DNA of 64,000 nt from Candidatus Colwellbacteria bacterium (GTDB lineage Bacteria > Patescibacteriota > Minisyncoccia > UBA6257 > Colwellbacteraceae). The notes beneath the pieces were generated by a model that saw only the letters and a program-made list of their open reading frames with translations, was not told where the DNA came from and searched no databases. A program made the position numbers and the translations under genes. The stretch is from the NCBI GenBank assembly GCA_028710275.1, contig JAQTUL010000001.1, forward strand, positions 921 through 64,920, written 5' to 3'. Of this stretch, positions 18,596 through 27,694 are shown in pieces. Numbering within the stretch: position 1 is the first letter of the stretch; every line of letters begins with the position of its first letter.

Positions 18596-19527
18596 TCAAC
18601 CCTGTCACGGAGATCGTTATACAACTCATAGATCCATTGAAGTTTTTTATTACTCCCAATCTGAAGACCTAAGTAGAATCCACTCTTACGACACTTGACT
18701 AACGCATTTTTACATCGTTCAATCTCTTTGTCTGTTTGTTTATGAGTAAATATCTCATTGTAATTTTTATTGGAAAGACGAAGGTTCGTTTCTTTGATCA
18801 TGTTTAATAAATCTCTTTCGGATATATTAAATTTTTCAACGATATTAGATAGTGATAATTCCCTGTACAATCTCTGTTCCGAGAGATTGGGAAAATTAGG
18901 TTCTCTTCCTGTTTCAGGATTTTTACTTTTTATCGACATTGGAAATTCCTTTGTCAGATTAGAGACGATAAATGCGTATATTTTTTTCGGGATATCTTTT
19001 TCCTTGATACTGAGAACTGTATTACATTTATCAAATAGAAGGAATGTATCGATACCTTCGTTTACATCAGACACATTATAGACCTCCAATATTATCTCCA
19101 TGTTAAACTTTGTATTAGAAGACATAATTCTTCTGAGAACTTCATGTCTATGTTGACCATCCATCAATCTGATACGACGTTGAGTATCTATTGCGATTTT
19201 AAATGTACCAATGAAACTTGGAGATTTAGACTGTTCTATATCAAATTTGAGTTTCTGTATATGCTCCTCATTCATCTCTCGATTGAATGCCCAATTTCGT
19301 GTATGGTTTGAAAACTCTCTTCCGTTGGCAACATAGATTGAGGGGGTTCCTTGATGAACCAATTCACCTAAATATGAGATATCGTCGGGTTTGTCGTCAT
19401 CTTCAAATTCTATATCCGGTTCCTCGTCTTTAATAACAATAGACGATTCTCTCTCGGGAGTTTTACCAAAAATTCTATTTAACAATGATGCCATAGAATA
19501 CTCATTGTTAAATAGAATTAGAATCAT
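18592..19527 (-). CDS. DGQHR-domain (DndB/DpdB/ParB-like nuclease-fold) protein
   Basis: FKIAIDTQRRIRLMDGQHRHEVL contains the eponymous DGQHR motif of the ParB-related DndB family. Confidence 0.45.
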   Translation of the reverse strand: MILILFNNEYSMASLLNRIFGKTPERESSIVIKDEEPDIEFEDDDKPDDISYLGELVHQGTPSIYVANGREFSNHTRNWAFNREMNEEHIQKLKFDIEQSKSPSFIGTFKIAIDTQRRIRLMDGQHRHEVLRRIMSSNTKFNMEIILEVYNVSDVNEGIDTFLLFDKCNTVLSIKEKDIPKKIYAFIVSNLTKEFPMSIKSKNPETGREPNFPNLSEQRLYRELSLSNIVEKFNISERDLLNMIKETNLRLSNKNYNEIFTHKQTDKEIERCKNALVKCRKSGFYLGLQIGSNKKLQWIYELYNDLRDRVE

Positions 19528-19925
19528 TTTGTATTCATTTTTGTATTTGTAATAAGAACACCGTCCTTGTTACAATAAGACATGTAATCAAAGACCAATT
19601 TTGAGATAATTGTTTTATCAATTTGAAGACTCTTTATCGGTGTCTTCTTTTTCAAAAGCTCCGGTCGGATACAATCCGACTTGTTACAACTTTTCAAAAG
19701 CTCTGGGTTCAAAATAGTATCGGATGATGGAATATCCAGAACCATATTAAATATCATAAAGTTATTATTAACTGGAAATCTCATCCAAGAGATAAAACGT
19801 ACACATCCATCAACGACTGAATCTATCGTTAATGAGTTGAAAGTCTGTCCCTTATCGAGACTTTCAATCATATATTTTTTCAATTCATTATCTATTTCGA
19901 TGTCAGAGTCTCTTCTTAGAGCCAT
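19524..19925 (-). CDS. Hypothetical protein (133 aa); stop overlaps the start of the downstream gene (ATGA)
   Basis: ORF only. Confidence 0.35.
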   Translation of the reverse strand: MALRRDSDIEIDNELKKYMIESLDKGQTFNSLTIDSVVDGCVRFISWMRFPVNNNFMIFNMVLDIPSSDTILNPELLKSCNKSDCIRPELLKKKTPIKSLQIDKTIISKLVFDYMSYCNKDGVLITNTKMNTK

Positions 19926-19982
19926 TTGAATAGATAATGAGTCACATCCTTAAAGGTGTTTCACGATGAGTAAGTTACAAAA

Positions 19983-20231
19983 TCACACCGGTTGATGTTC
20001 AAAGAGACAACGTTTAAGCGGAAGAGTTACTGAAAATGTCCGGTATCTAATGTACTTGATAATCCAACCTTTCATTTGAAAATGAGTGACGACGTCGTCA
20101 CATACTCTTTCGTATTTTGAAGGGATAACGACATTGAATGTTCGTTTGGACGATGAATCTCTCGACGAAAGGAACAGATTCCGAAGTCGATTAAAATCGT
20201 TGTCGGACGGATTTGAATAGCAGACACCCAT
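19983..20231 (-). CDS. Small hypothetical protein (82 aa)
   Basis: ORF only. Confidence 0.3.
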   Translation of the reverse strand: MGVCYSNPSDNDFNRLRNLFLSSRDSSSKRTFNVVIPSKYERVCDDVVTHFQMKGWIIKYIRYRTFSVTLPLKRCLFEHQPV

Positions 20232-20268
20232 ATTGTATCTGTTGTATTACAATAAGGTAATACAATTT

Positions 20269-21972
20269 TTATTTCATCTTCTCATTGATATTCTCCCTGT
20301 AGATATCCAGGACTCTTGCTGACGGGTTCTTCACGTTACCACACCATTTCGGAAGCCACATGTACGGAATAGTATCTGTGTTATGGGATTTGAACTCGCT
20401 CTCAAACCACATACGAAAATAGTACGCCTCTTTTGTTTCTGGTGTATTGAACGGATATCTCTCCTTTCGAGATTCAAATTCGGAATCGGTGATAGAAATG
20501 TTTGTGTAGTCCTCGATATATTGATACCAGGACTTAGACTCGTGAGAGATAGCATCCGAGAACGCGTTCTTTGTACGGATAATAATGTCGTCTGGAAGAA
20601 GACCGGTCTGAAAGAATGCCTCTCTAACAAGAGCCTTCTCCAGTTTGTTTGAGATTCCGAGTTCTGGAGAAGGACGCGGCATTCTCAATTCCGGATCAAG
20701 AGAAAGATAGAACTCTACAAACTGCTGATGCGAGAATGGTACACGTGCCTCTATTCCGTTTCCAGCAATACATCTATCTGCGCGAAGAGAGTCGAAGAGA
20801 TAGATATCCTTTACTAATCGAACACACTCTTTGTGAAACTCGTCGGGAGATGGAGCATTGTGTAGATAGAGATACGATCCAGCCACCTCGTCCATGAACT
20901 CTCCTGAATAGATAACCTTGACATCCGTATTCTCTCGAATCCATTTGAGAAGAAGAAAGTGTGGAGTGGATGCTCTAACCGTCGTGATATCATAGCTTTC
21001 GATCGCTTTGATAATCGATGGAATAGATTTGATACCTTCAAATGGAATGAACGGAACAACAGTATGAATAGACCCGATATGATCAGCAACCTTTTGGGCG
21101 TAATAGACATCAGGGGAATCCGGCATACCGATACTAAAAGTCTTGATTCTCTTACCTTTCTGTTTCATGTAGTTTGCTGCGATAGCCGCGACCAGACTGC
21201 TATCAATTCCTCCACTAAGAAGACATGCAATCGGCCGATCAGCATCTAATCGGGACTCAATAGCCTCTGTGATAAGCTCTCGAACACGAGTTTTAATCTG
21301 TGGAAGGGAGAGAGTAACTTCTCGTGTGTATGTAGGGAGATACCATTCCTTCCAATCGATACCGGTTGAAATAACCTTATCTCTCGTCGAAACAGAGATT
21401 TTGACATAGTATGTAGGAGAGAATGTATGAACTTTTTGAGAAATAGGAATCAGTCCCTTCATCTCTGAACTGAAAGAGTACCCATGAACATCAGATGAAT
21501 AGAACAGAGGACGAACACCCATCTGATCTCTAGCAGCGTAGAGAATCGTATCGTCTGTCAAGTTGTCAATCTCAACAACAATACATGCCCATTCTCCCAT
21601 CAATAAAGAGATAGTCTTTTCAAATCCATACTTCATGTAGAGAAGAGGAACTACTTCACAATCGGAACCGGAAATCGGTGATAGGTTATGATCATCAATC
21701 AACGTCTTGTGATTATAGATTTCTCCGTTAGTAAGAGTATAAATAGTTTTATTTTGAGGAGTCTCGTAAACAAATGGTTGATCTCCCTTGGTAGAGAGAT
21801 CCATAATAGAGAGACGATGAAATCCGATCTTCATCGGAATCTTACCGTTCAGTTCCAGATATTGCGATCTATCAGGACCTCTTTCCTTGATAGAGTTAAA
21901 TGCGGAATAGTAATCGACATCCTTATGATGAAAACGTCCAAGTTTGCTAAGATAAGCCCAGATCCCGCACAT
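20269..21972 (-). CDS. Asparagine synthetase (glutamine-hydrolysing), class II amidotransferase plus PP-loop synthetase
   Basis: N-terminal MCGIWAY (Cys2 nucleophile). LLSGGIDSS PP-loop (SGGxDS). 567 aa is typical. Confidence 0.85.
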   Translation of the reverse strand: MCGIWAYLSKLGRFHHKDVDYYSAFNSIKERGPDRSQYLELNGKIPMKIGFHRLSIMDLSTKGDQPFVYETPQNKTIYTLTNGEIYNHKTLIDDHNLSPISGSDCEVVPLLYMKYGFEKTISLLMGEWACIVVEIDNLTDDTILYAARDQMGVRPLFYSSDVHGYSFSSEMKGLIPISQKVHTFSPTYYVKISVSTRDKVISTGIDWKEWYLPTYTREVTLSLPQIKTRVRELITEAIESRLDADRPIACLLSGGIDSSLVAAIAANYMKQKGKRIKTFSIGMPDSPDVYYAQKVADHIGSIHTVVPFIPFEGIKSIPSIIKAIESYDITTVRASTPHFLLLKWIRENTDVKVIYSGEFMDEVAGSYLYLHNAPSPDEFHKECVRLVKDIYLFDSLRADRCIAGNGIEARVPFSHQQFVEFYLSLDPELRMPRPSPELGISNKLEKALVREAFFQTGLLPDDIIIRTKNAFSDAISHESKSWYQYIEDYTNISITDSEFESRKERYPFNTPETKEAYYFRMWFESEFKSHNTDTIPYMWLPKWCGNVKNPSARVLDIYRENINEKMK

Positions 21973-21979
21973 GTTGTGT

Positions 21980-22006
21980 AAAGAGATACTTTATTTATAT
22001 CTCTTT
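21980..22006. terminator. Hairpin aaagagata-N9-tatctcttt downstream of the Fanzor-like gene stop
   Basis: 9-bp arms. May also be part of a guide-RNA scaffold. Confidence 0.35.
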
Positions 22007-22061
22007 ATACTTTTTCACTTTATTTCATTCGCCAGAACCAGGATCCTCAAATATACAAAAT

Positions 22062-23894
22062 CTAATTTGTAATTGGAATCCCGGACATCGAACTAGTCGA
22101 TGGATCGACACTCGTATCCTCCTCAACGAAAATGAATTCGGGTGGAGTAGTGTCATGAGTAACTTTCTTCCCTCTCTGTAGACCCGGAGGTCTTTCAGGT
22201 GAGGACTTTGCTAAGGAGCAGATATGAAGGGACGCATTAGTATCTCTATTCCAGTACTGGTTACAGGTTGTGCACCTTAACAAGCCATGGACTAGTGATT
22301 GATTCCCTCTTCTCCACGGACGAGGACATTCTCGCCACATAAACTTTTTATTCTCTCCTTCACACTGATAACAGGTACAAGAGGTTTTATGTTCATCTAC
22401 TAAATAGACCTTGTAACCGTTCTTTCTAAAGATGTCTCTTATTCCCTTTCCAAGAGTTGGTTCTTTCCACTTCATCTGTCTTTTCTGTTCCCAATCACCT
22501 ATCGCTATCACCGCTTCAGTTGGACCTCCGAACACGTTCTTAAAGTTACGAATCATCTTACTTTCCGATTTCTGTCTTAGAATATGGCCTCTCCACTTTA
22601 TGGATCTGAATACCTCTTTCTGGTACACAGATCTACACTCCTCTTCAACTTCTCTCTTCTTAGATACGTATTCCATGAACTCTGTGTAGTCTGATGAAGT
22701 TGAACGGTAATGAGAGAGTTCCTCCTCTATACTCTTTACTGGTTCTCTTTGTCTATCCAATTTGTGTCGGTGGGCTCTCTTACAGCACTCCCTCTTTCTC
22801 TGAACAGCCGAGTATCGGAATCTCTTCTCTCCATCGGTACAGTGAATAAGATCCTCCTTCCCAGGATCGATACCAACTATAGAGGTGTAGAGATCCCTTG
22901 TAGAGAGAAATTCAGGTCCAGTAATATAAGGCTCAACGATATCATGAGTCTTTTCATCTAAACTCCCCTTGTGAAGAAGAATCGAGACTCCCTTACCATC
23001 TGTTTTTATCATTAGGAACTCATACCCGACTCTTTCGTATCTCTTAGTTTGTGGAAGAGAGTGAATAGAGAAGTATTCAGTCCATGTATCTCTAAAGGGT
23101 ATTTTATTCTTTCCACTCTTATTGTTACCAGTAATTCTTTGTAAACACTCACCATCGAGAGTGATGTATGCAGGGATTAGAGACCTTCGTAGAGGAAAGA
23201 TATTTAATCCGAGACTAATTGCGGGTGAAAGATACATCCATGGATTACATTTAACATCGTAGCGCACTGTACCATTCTTCAATTCTCTATTACCGTAAAG
23301 AAGAGTCTTTATCCGTCCTATAAAATCTGTGTATTCATCTCCACTCTTAAGAGTATTCTCTAATACGTCTTTCTTAACAGCTTCTAGTTTTTTATTAAGA
23401 ACTTTTCTTTCGTCTCCAGAAACCAATTTCAATCCGAAGCGACGGTCGATGTATTTTCTTAATTTATCTATAAATGAGGTCTTGATAAGGTTCTCGTAAT
23501 TTACTATCATATCCTCCGCTTCGTACTTGAGGAAGTTACCAATGTGTTCGCATACGGGAATTTCTATTCTTCCTTCTGGATCGTAATGTTTGGTGTAGTA
23601 GTCTCTCACTTCTAGACACAATTCCTCATTCTTCTCAGATAGAGTACCTCTCTTTTTTGGGGTGTAGAAGAGCTTAAAACAGACATTGATAAAGTTTGTG
23701 TTTAATTCCGGAAGAACAAAGTTGTTAGTCTCCAAGTAGAGACAATACGCTTTTATGAAAGCGTATGTGTTATACACTATTCGGTTTATCTCTAGAACTT
23801 TTAATTGGATGTCATCTACCACTGAAGAATCTTTTCTAACAATAGAATTTAGTCCTATTTTAAAGGACTTGTAAGTGTATTTCTTTCCTCTCAT
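22062..23894 (-). CDS. TnpB/Fanzor-like RuvC-fold nuclease (OMEGA-family, eukaryotic/viral Fanzor2-type candidate)
   Basis: RuvC-I IVGIDPGKEDL. RuvC-II-like AVIAIGDWEQ. C-terminal zinc finger plus RuvC-III CTCYQCEGENKKF...LRCTTCNQYWNRDTNASLHI, matching the CxxC...CxxC...DRDxNAAxNI consensus. 610 aa. Confidence 0.6.
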   Translation of the reverse strand: MRGKKYTYKSFKIGLNSIVRKDSSVVDDIQLKVLEINRIVYNTYAFIKAYCLYLETNNFVLPELNTNFINVCFKLFYTPKKRGTLSEKNEELCLEVRDYYTKHYDPEGRIEIPVCEHIGNFLKYEAEDMIVNYENLIKTSFIDKLRKYIDRRFGLKLVSGDERKVLNKKLEAVKKDVLENTLKSGDEYTDFIGRIKTLLYGNRELKNGTVRYDVKCNPWMYLSPAISLGLNIFPLRRSLIPAYITLDGECLQRITGNNKSGKNKIPFRDTWTEYFSIHSLPQTKRYERVGYEFLMIKTDGKGVSILLHKGSLDEKTHDIVEPYITGPEFLSTRDLYTSIVGIDPGKEDLIHCTDGEKRFRYSAVQRKRECCKRAHRHKLDRQREPVKSIEEELSHYRSTSSDYTEFMEYVSKKREVEEECRSVYQKEVFRSIKWRGHILRQKSESKMIRNFKNVFGGPTEAVIAIGDWEQKRQMKWKEPTLGKGIRDIFRKNGYKVYLVDEHKTSCTCYQCEGENKKFMWRECPRPWRRGNQSLVHGLLRCTTCNQYWNRDTNASLHICSLAKSSPERPPGLQRGKKVTHDTTPPEFIFVEEDTSVDPSTSSMSGIPITN

Positions 23895-23916
23895 CTTAGT
23901 CTAAACTAATTATCGT

Positions 23917-24444
23917 TTAAGTCTCTTTAGCGAGAACCATGAACTTTCCTTTGTTGAAAGTGACCTTGGTGATTGTGATTGACACAGAATCTCCGACTTT
24001 CTTCGTCGACCGAGAATTTGCTCCGACAAAGATATCGACAGGTTCATCCACATAGAACCCGTTTGATGGGACATCTTTGACTGTTGTTTTCACCTTCTCT
24101 CCGAGAATCGGTACATACATCTTCACTTTCAGGATCACGGTATATCTTGTGAATCCTGTGTTATCAAACTTTATCTCTCCCTCATCATCTATCTTGAACT
24201 TTTCCACAGAGATAACCAGACCGTGTTTCGTCTGAGTTCCTGTTACAAGAGATGATGCTCTTTTCCGGATCTCACTCTCGAGATCATTCCCGAGAAATTT
24301 GGGAGGAATTCCGACATTTTTGATTCGCATAAGTTTCGTGATATAACCCATGTTTGATGCGATGAGAACAGAGGTTCTTGTAAATAAGACTTCACTATGT
24401 AAGAGAAAATCAGTTTTCATTCTCAAGAAAGATCCATTCATCAT
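23917..24444 (-). CDS. RNA polymerase subunit Rpb7/E'-like protein (tentative)
   Basis: Pattern GLVISV.KF.I.DEGEI...G...Y.V.LKVKMYVP..GE.V...V..V...GFYVD..P.DIFV resembles the Rpb7 N-domain plus S1-like layout. Length 175 aa fits. Confidence 0.35.
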   Translation of the reverse strand: MMNGSFLRMKTDFLLHSEVLFTRTSVLIASNMGYITKLMRIKNVGIPPKFLGNDLESEIRKRASSLVTGTQTKHGLVISVEKFKIDDEGEIKFDNTGFTRYTVILKVKMYVPILGEKVKTTVKDVPSNGFYVDEPVDIFVGANSRSTKKVGDSVSITITKVTFNKGKFMVLAKET

Positions 24445-24958
24445 CCTTCATCTTTTCGTATGCAGCATATGCTGCATCCAGATCGATCTCTTCGAGACGC
24501 ATTTTCTTGTATTCAGCGTACACAGCATCGATATCAGGAATCTCTTTCTCATCTTCATATTCGATCTCCTCCGGAATCTCGTCGTCATAGTAGTATTCAT
24601 ACGGATCATCTTCCACTTCCAGATTATTGAGTCTGACCAATCGGGTATTGATAACTCTCTTCTTGTGAATAGTCAACTCGTTCGCTATTGGAGACCCACA
24701 CATTCGATGTCCGTGATATGCACAACGCGGTCTCTTTTTTGAATCAAATCCATCGCGAAACGTACGACTGTAATTTCTCGCAGAATACCCCCATTTTACC
24801 CCCGCAGGCTTACACATCCCTTCTCCTTTCTTGGGGGTGAATGACCAACAATTAGGTCCATTATCACACACAATTCCTTTTCCATGGTGTGTAACACTAT
24901 TCCTGACACGTCGGATGGTATTACTAGATGAGATACCGCGAACTTCTTTGGGCTTCAT
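24410..24958 (-). CDS. Hypothetical Cys/His-containing protein with acidic C-terminus (182 aa)
   Basis: ORF only. Confidence 0.35.
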   Translation of the reverse strand: MKPKEVRGISSSNTIRRVRNSVTHHGKGIVCDNGPNCWSFTPKKGEGMCKPAGVKWGYSARNYSRTFRDGFDSKKRPRCAYHGHRMCGSPIANELTIHKKRVINTRLVRLNNLEVEDDPYEYYYDDEIPEEIEYEDEKEIPDIDAVYAEYKKMRLEEIDLDAAYAAYEKMKDDEWIFLENEN

Positions 24959-25026
24959 GACGTGACGATGGAAGTATATTACTTTATAACAATAGTAAAT
25001 AAAAATTCACTTGTACAACTACAGTA

Positions 25027-25052
25027 TTTTATTACAGAATTCTGTAATAAAA
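25027..25052. terminator. Perfect 26-nt palindrome ttttattacagaattctgtaataaaa downstream of the stop of 25171..25659
   Basis: Verified. Nearby 20-nt direct repeat gttggaaccg(c)ttaggcaag x2. Confidence 0.45.
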
Positions 25053-25170
25053 CATTCGGATTTCAATTATGAAAGTTGGAACCGTTAGGCAAGGTTGGAT
25101 TCACCAACCCGGAGCTTTGATAAGTTGGAACCGCTTAGGCAAGTAGGATAGGATACTGGAGCTTTTGATG

Positions 25171-25659
25171 TTAACTCATTCTATACGCGTAAACACTCAT
25201 CTCTTTCCTCTTACCGACAAATCCCAAAAATAGAGGGTGTTTTGATGTATCGATCTTAATTCCGGTCTCCTCTGCAAACTCTCTCATTGATGCATCACGA
25301 GAGTTCTCTCCTCGATCAGTTCTCCCCTGAGGAAATACAATGTCATAAGTTGTATATCCACATCCAGGAGCCTCTATGCCTACAATAGCGAACAGATCCT
25401 TGTCATTCTTAAATTCTACATTTGTGACGAGAAGATCTCGACACTCTTCTCCACAATATCCTGGGTGAAGGAACTCCTCGTTGGGAATTATTGTCTGCAC
25501 TTCAGGAGTGAGTCTAAGAGCGGATACAGAAACTGAATCCTTCATCGGTATCGCAAAAACATATTTCATGTAATCTTTTTCGCCCGAATCCTTTCGTTTT
25601 GAAATAAGATCGGTGAGTACAGATTGACTCCCGACACACAATAGGCATGACCGATCCAT
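25171..25659 (-). CDS. Nudix hydrolase (possible mRNA-decapping type)
   Basis: Nudix box GRTDRGENSRDASMREFAEETGI fits Gx5Ex7REUxEExGU. Confidence 0.7.
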   Translation of the reverse strand: MDRSCLLCVGSQSVLTDLISKRKDSGEKDYMKYVFAIPMKDSVSVSALRLTPEVQTIIPNEEFLHPGYCGEECRDLLVTNVEFKNDKDLFAIVGIEAPGCGYTTYDIVFPQGRTDRGENSRDASMREFAEETGIKIDTSKHPLFLGFVGKRKEMSVYAYRMS

Positions 25660-25736
25660 AATGAAACAGATTGTTTATATTCTTATATCTATAGATAGAA
25701 ATCGTTTTTTTGATATGTCATCATCGAAGATAATTT

Positions 25737-26705
25737 CTACATTTCAACATCATCTTTTCGTCCAACTATAATCTCGACAATACCACATGGATATATAACC
25801 TTCCCATTATTCATATAATCGATAAAGGGAATCTCTCCCTTCTCATACACATTTACCTGTCGCATCCATTCACATTTTTTAAACACGTCAAGCCCTGGGA
25901 ACTCATCCCATTTTGGAAATGTACAGAGAAATTCAACTTCATTTTTCGATTCGATACAATACACCATAACCTGTTCCATAGCATGTGTCATAAGAGACTC
26001 GTCGAATGGAGGATTCATATAGACTTTAGAGATTGGCCACTCTCTCTTGTTAAAGAATGAACCCATGGATCCGAATGGTTTTTCAAGATCGGGAAAAGCC
26101 GAACAAAATAGATCGAAGTAATGATTGAATGCTGACGCAAAAGCCTCACATCCGTCAGAAGGTTTAGCCATGTCTTTGTAAACACGAGCCAGACCATGAT
26201 TCGTCAACTTGAGATAATTATATCTGATGTTCAGAGCAAGAGCATATTTTATCGATTTTGGATTCTTCTTTGCGAGACTAGAGATGTCATCATATTTCCA
26301 AGTACCGTACATAATTTTATTACCCGAAAGAGAAACTTGACGATCCGGCCGAAGAACTTCTCCAGCCATTACAGTAGATCCGAGAGAAAATTTCTCCTCT
26401 AATTCATCGATGAATTTCTGTGGATCTCGAGACGATTTGTTGTAAACGAAATCCCTCTTCAGCTGGTCCTCTGCAAGAGGAGAACGAGTTTCAATAAAAA
26501 TAGGATCATCTTCATCTGTCTTGGTGATAATCTTGTTGAACAGATATCGAAGAAGGAGATGACAGATCTCCTTATATTTCAATTCCGGAATCTCCTTGGC
26601 AGCCCAATCAATAATCTCCTTCTCGTAGATTCTCTTTCGGAGAAGTTCGGTTTCGATCAATTTCTCTTCTGGACCCGATGGTTGTTTTCGTGAGGGATTT
26701 GACAT
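25737..26705 (-). CDS. Putative amino-methyltransferase-like protein (NPPF motif); tentative
   Basis: VYMNPPFDES resembles catalytic motif IV (N/D-PP-F/Y/W) of N6-adenine/amino methyltransferases. No clear GxGxG motif seen. Confidence 0.3.
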   Translation of the reverse strand: MSNPSRKQPSGPEEKLIETELLRKRIYEKEIIDWAAKEIPELKYKEICHLLLRYLFNKIITKTDEDDPIFIETRSPLAEDQLKRDFVYNKSSRDPQKFIDELEEKFSLGSTVMAGEVLRPDRQVSLSGNKIMYGTWKYDDISSLAKKNPKSIKYALALNIRYNYLKLTNHGLARVYKDMAKPSDGCEAFASAFNHYFDLFCSAFPDLEKPFGSMGSFFNKREWPISKVYMNPPFDESLMTHAMEQVMVYCIESKNEVEFLCTFPKWDEFPGLDVFKKCEWMRQVNVYEKGEIPFIDYMNNGKVIYPCGIVEIIVGRKDDVEM

Positions 26706-26768
26706 TGTTCGGTTTGGTTCTAAAATGTAGATATAGACTCTACATTTTAGATATTCATTTTTCAGATG

Positions 26769-27368
26769 TTAATTCTTCTGATTACACTTGAAGAGTTCAG
26801 TATTCTCTCTACATACGTTACAGTAAAAATCCTCTCTCTTCTTATTGTACACATATCCCACACCATCAAGATATCCACTGTATGAACTACTATATGACCT
26901 CTTGTCTCGACAAAAACAACACCCGTTATCCATCATACAGGTCTTGTGTACATCATCACAGTTGATTCCTCGACATCCCGAACAGCAGTTTTTACCATCT
27001 ATTCCTCTTCTCTGAAGATTTCGCGGTTCAAACTCCTCGATACATATATCACACTTAATCTTCGGATGACAGTCACTACACAAACGTTCTTTAGTTTCTT
27101 TATCGAAAGGAATCTCCTCTCTCGAGATATCATTGCACTTCTCACATTTAAATTTGACATCACACTTTTGACAATGGTCCACACTCATATAGAGATCAAC
27201 ATTAAATCTCATGATTCGAGTACTTTTGACACAGCAAGGACAGTTGAAAAAGAGCTTTCCCTTATTCTGAGAAATACATTCGTAGCAATAATGATCTGGA
27301 TTGAACTCTTGACAAGTCCATCTCCGAGAAGACTGAAAAGATGTCTTGCACTTATAACATGAAGGCAT
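26769..27368 (-). CDS. Cys-rich protein with >=8 CxxC pairs (tandem zinc ribbons)
   Basis: CYKC...CYEC...CPCC...CQKC...CEKC...CSDC...CDIC...CSGC...CNVC. Confidence 0.4.
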   Translation of the reverse strand: MPSCYKCKTSFQSSRRWTCQEFNPDHYCYECISQNKGKLFFNCPCCVKSTRIMRFNVDLYMSVDHCQKCDVKFKCEKCNDISREEIPFDKETKERLCSDCHPKIKCDICIEEFEPRNLQRRGIDGKNCCSGCRGINCDDVHKTCMMDNGCCFCRDKRSYSSSYSGYLDGVGYVYNKKREDFYCNVCRENTELFKCNQKN

Positions 27369-27694
27369 TGTGTAAGAATGAATTATATTCAGATATTATA
27401 AACGTTTTCATTTTTACCACAACGCACCAACACCATCTTCATATTCACACAATTCATCGTCGTCGTCGTAACTCACATCAAAATTCTCGACGTTCTCGTC
27501 ATCTTTTAAAGATTATCTCTCCACCACTCGGGAGTTGTTTCATGTCGTCATGTCTGAATTTGGAGTATCATGTATTGAATATGAATATCTCCTGTCGTGA
27601 AAAGAACGGCATCTCATTGGTGGAGATTCTTCAAAAGAGACACTCATCTTTCTATGTACAGAAATACATAGAAATACGGAAATTAATTGTAAAT

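Noticed and set aside
19650-19690. Element ttttcaaaagctc(c)ggt(c/a)ggatac(a/g)atcc(g/t)ac shared between 19650 and 29020; possible repeated regulatory hairpin
   Set aside because: At 19650 it lies inside a plausible coding region (encoding PELLK twice). The similarity is largely explained by coding for ...SKAR/PELLK. Only the 29035-29051 copy sits after a stop codon and is kept as a terminator hairpin.
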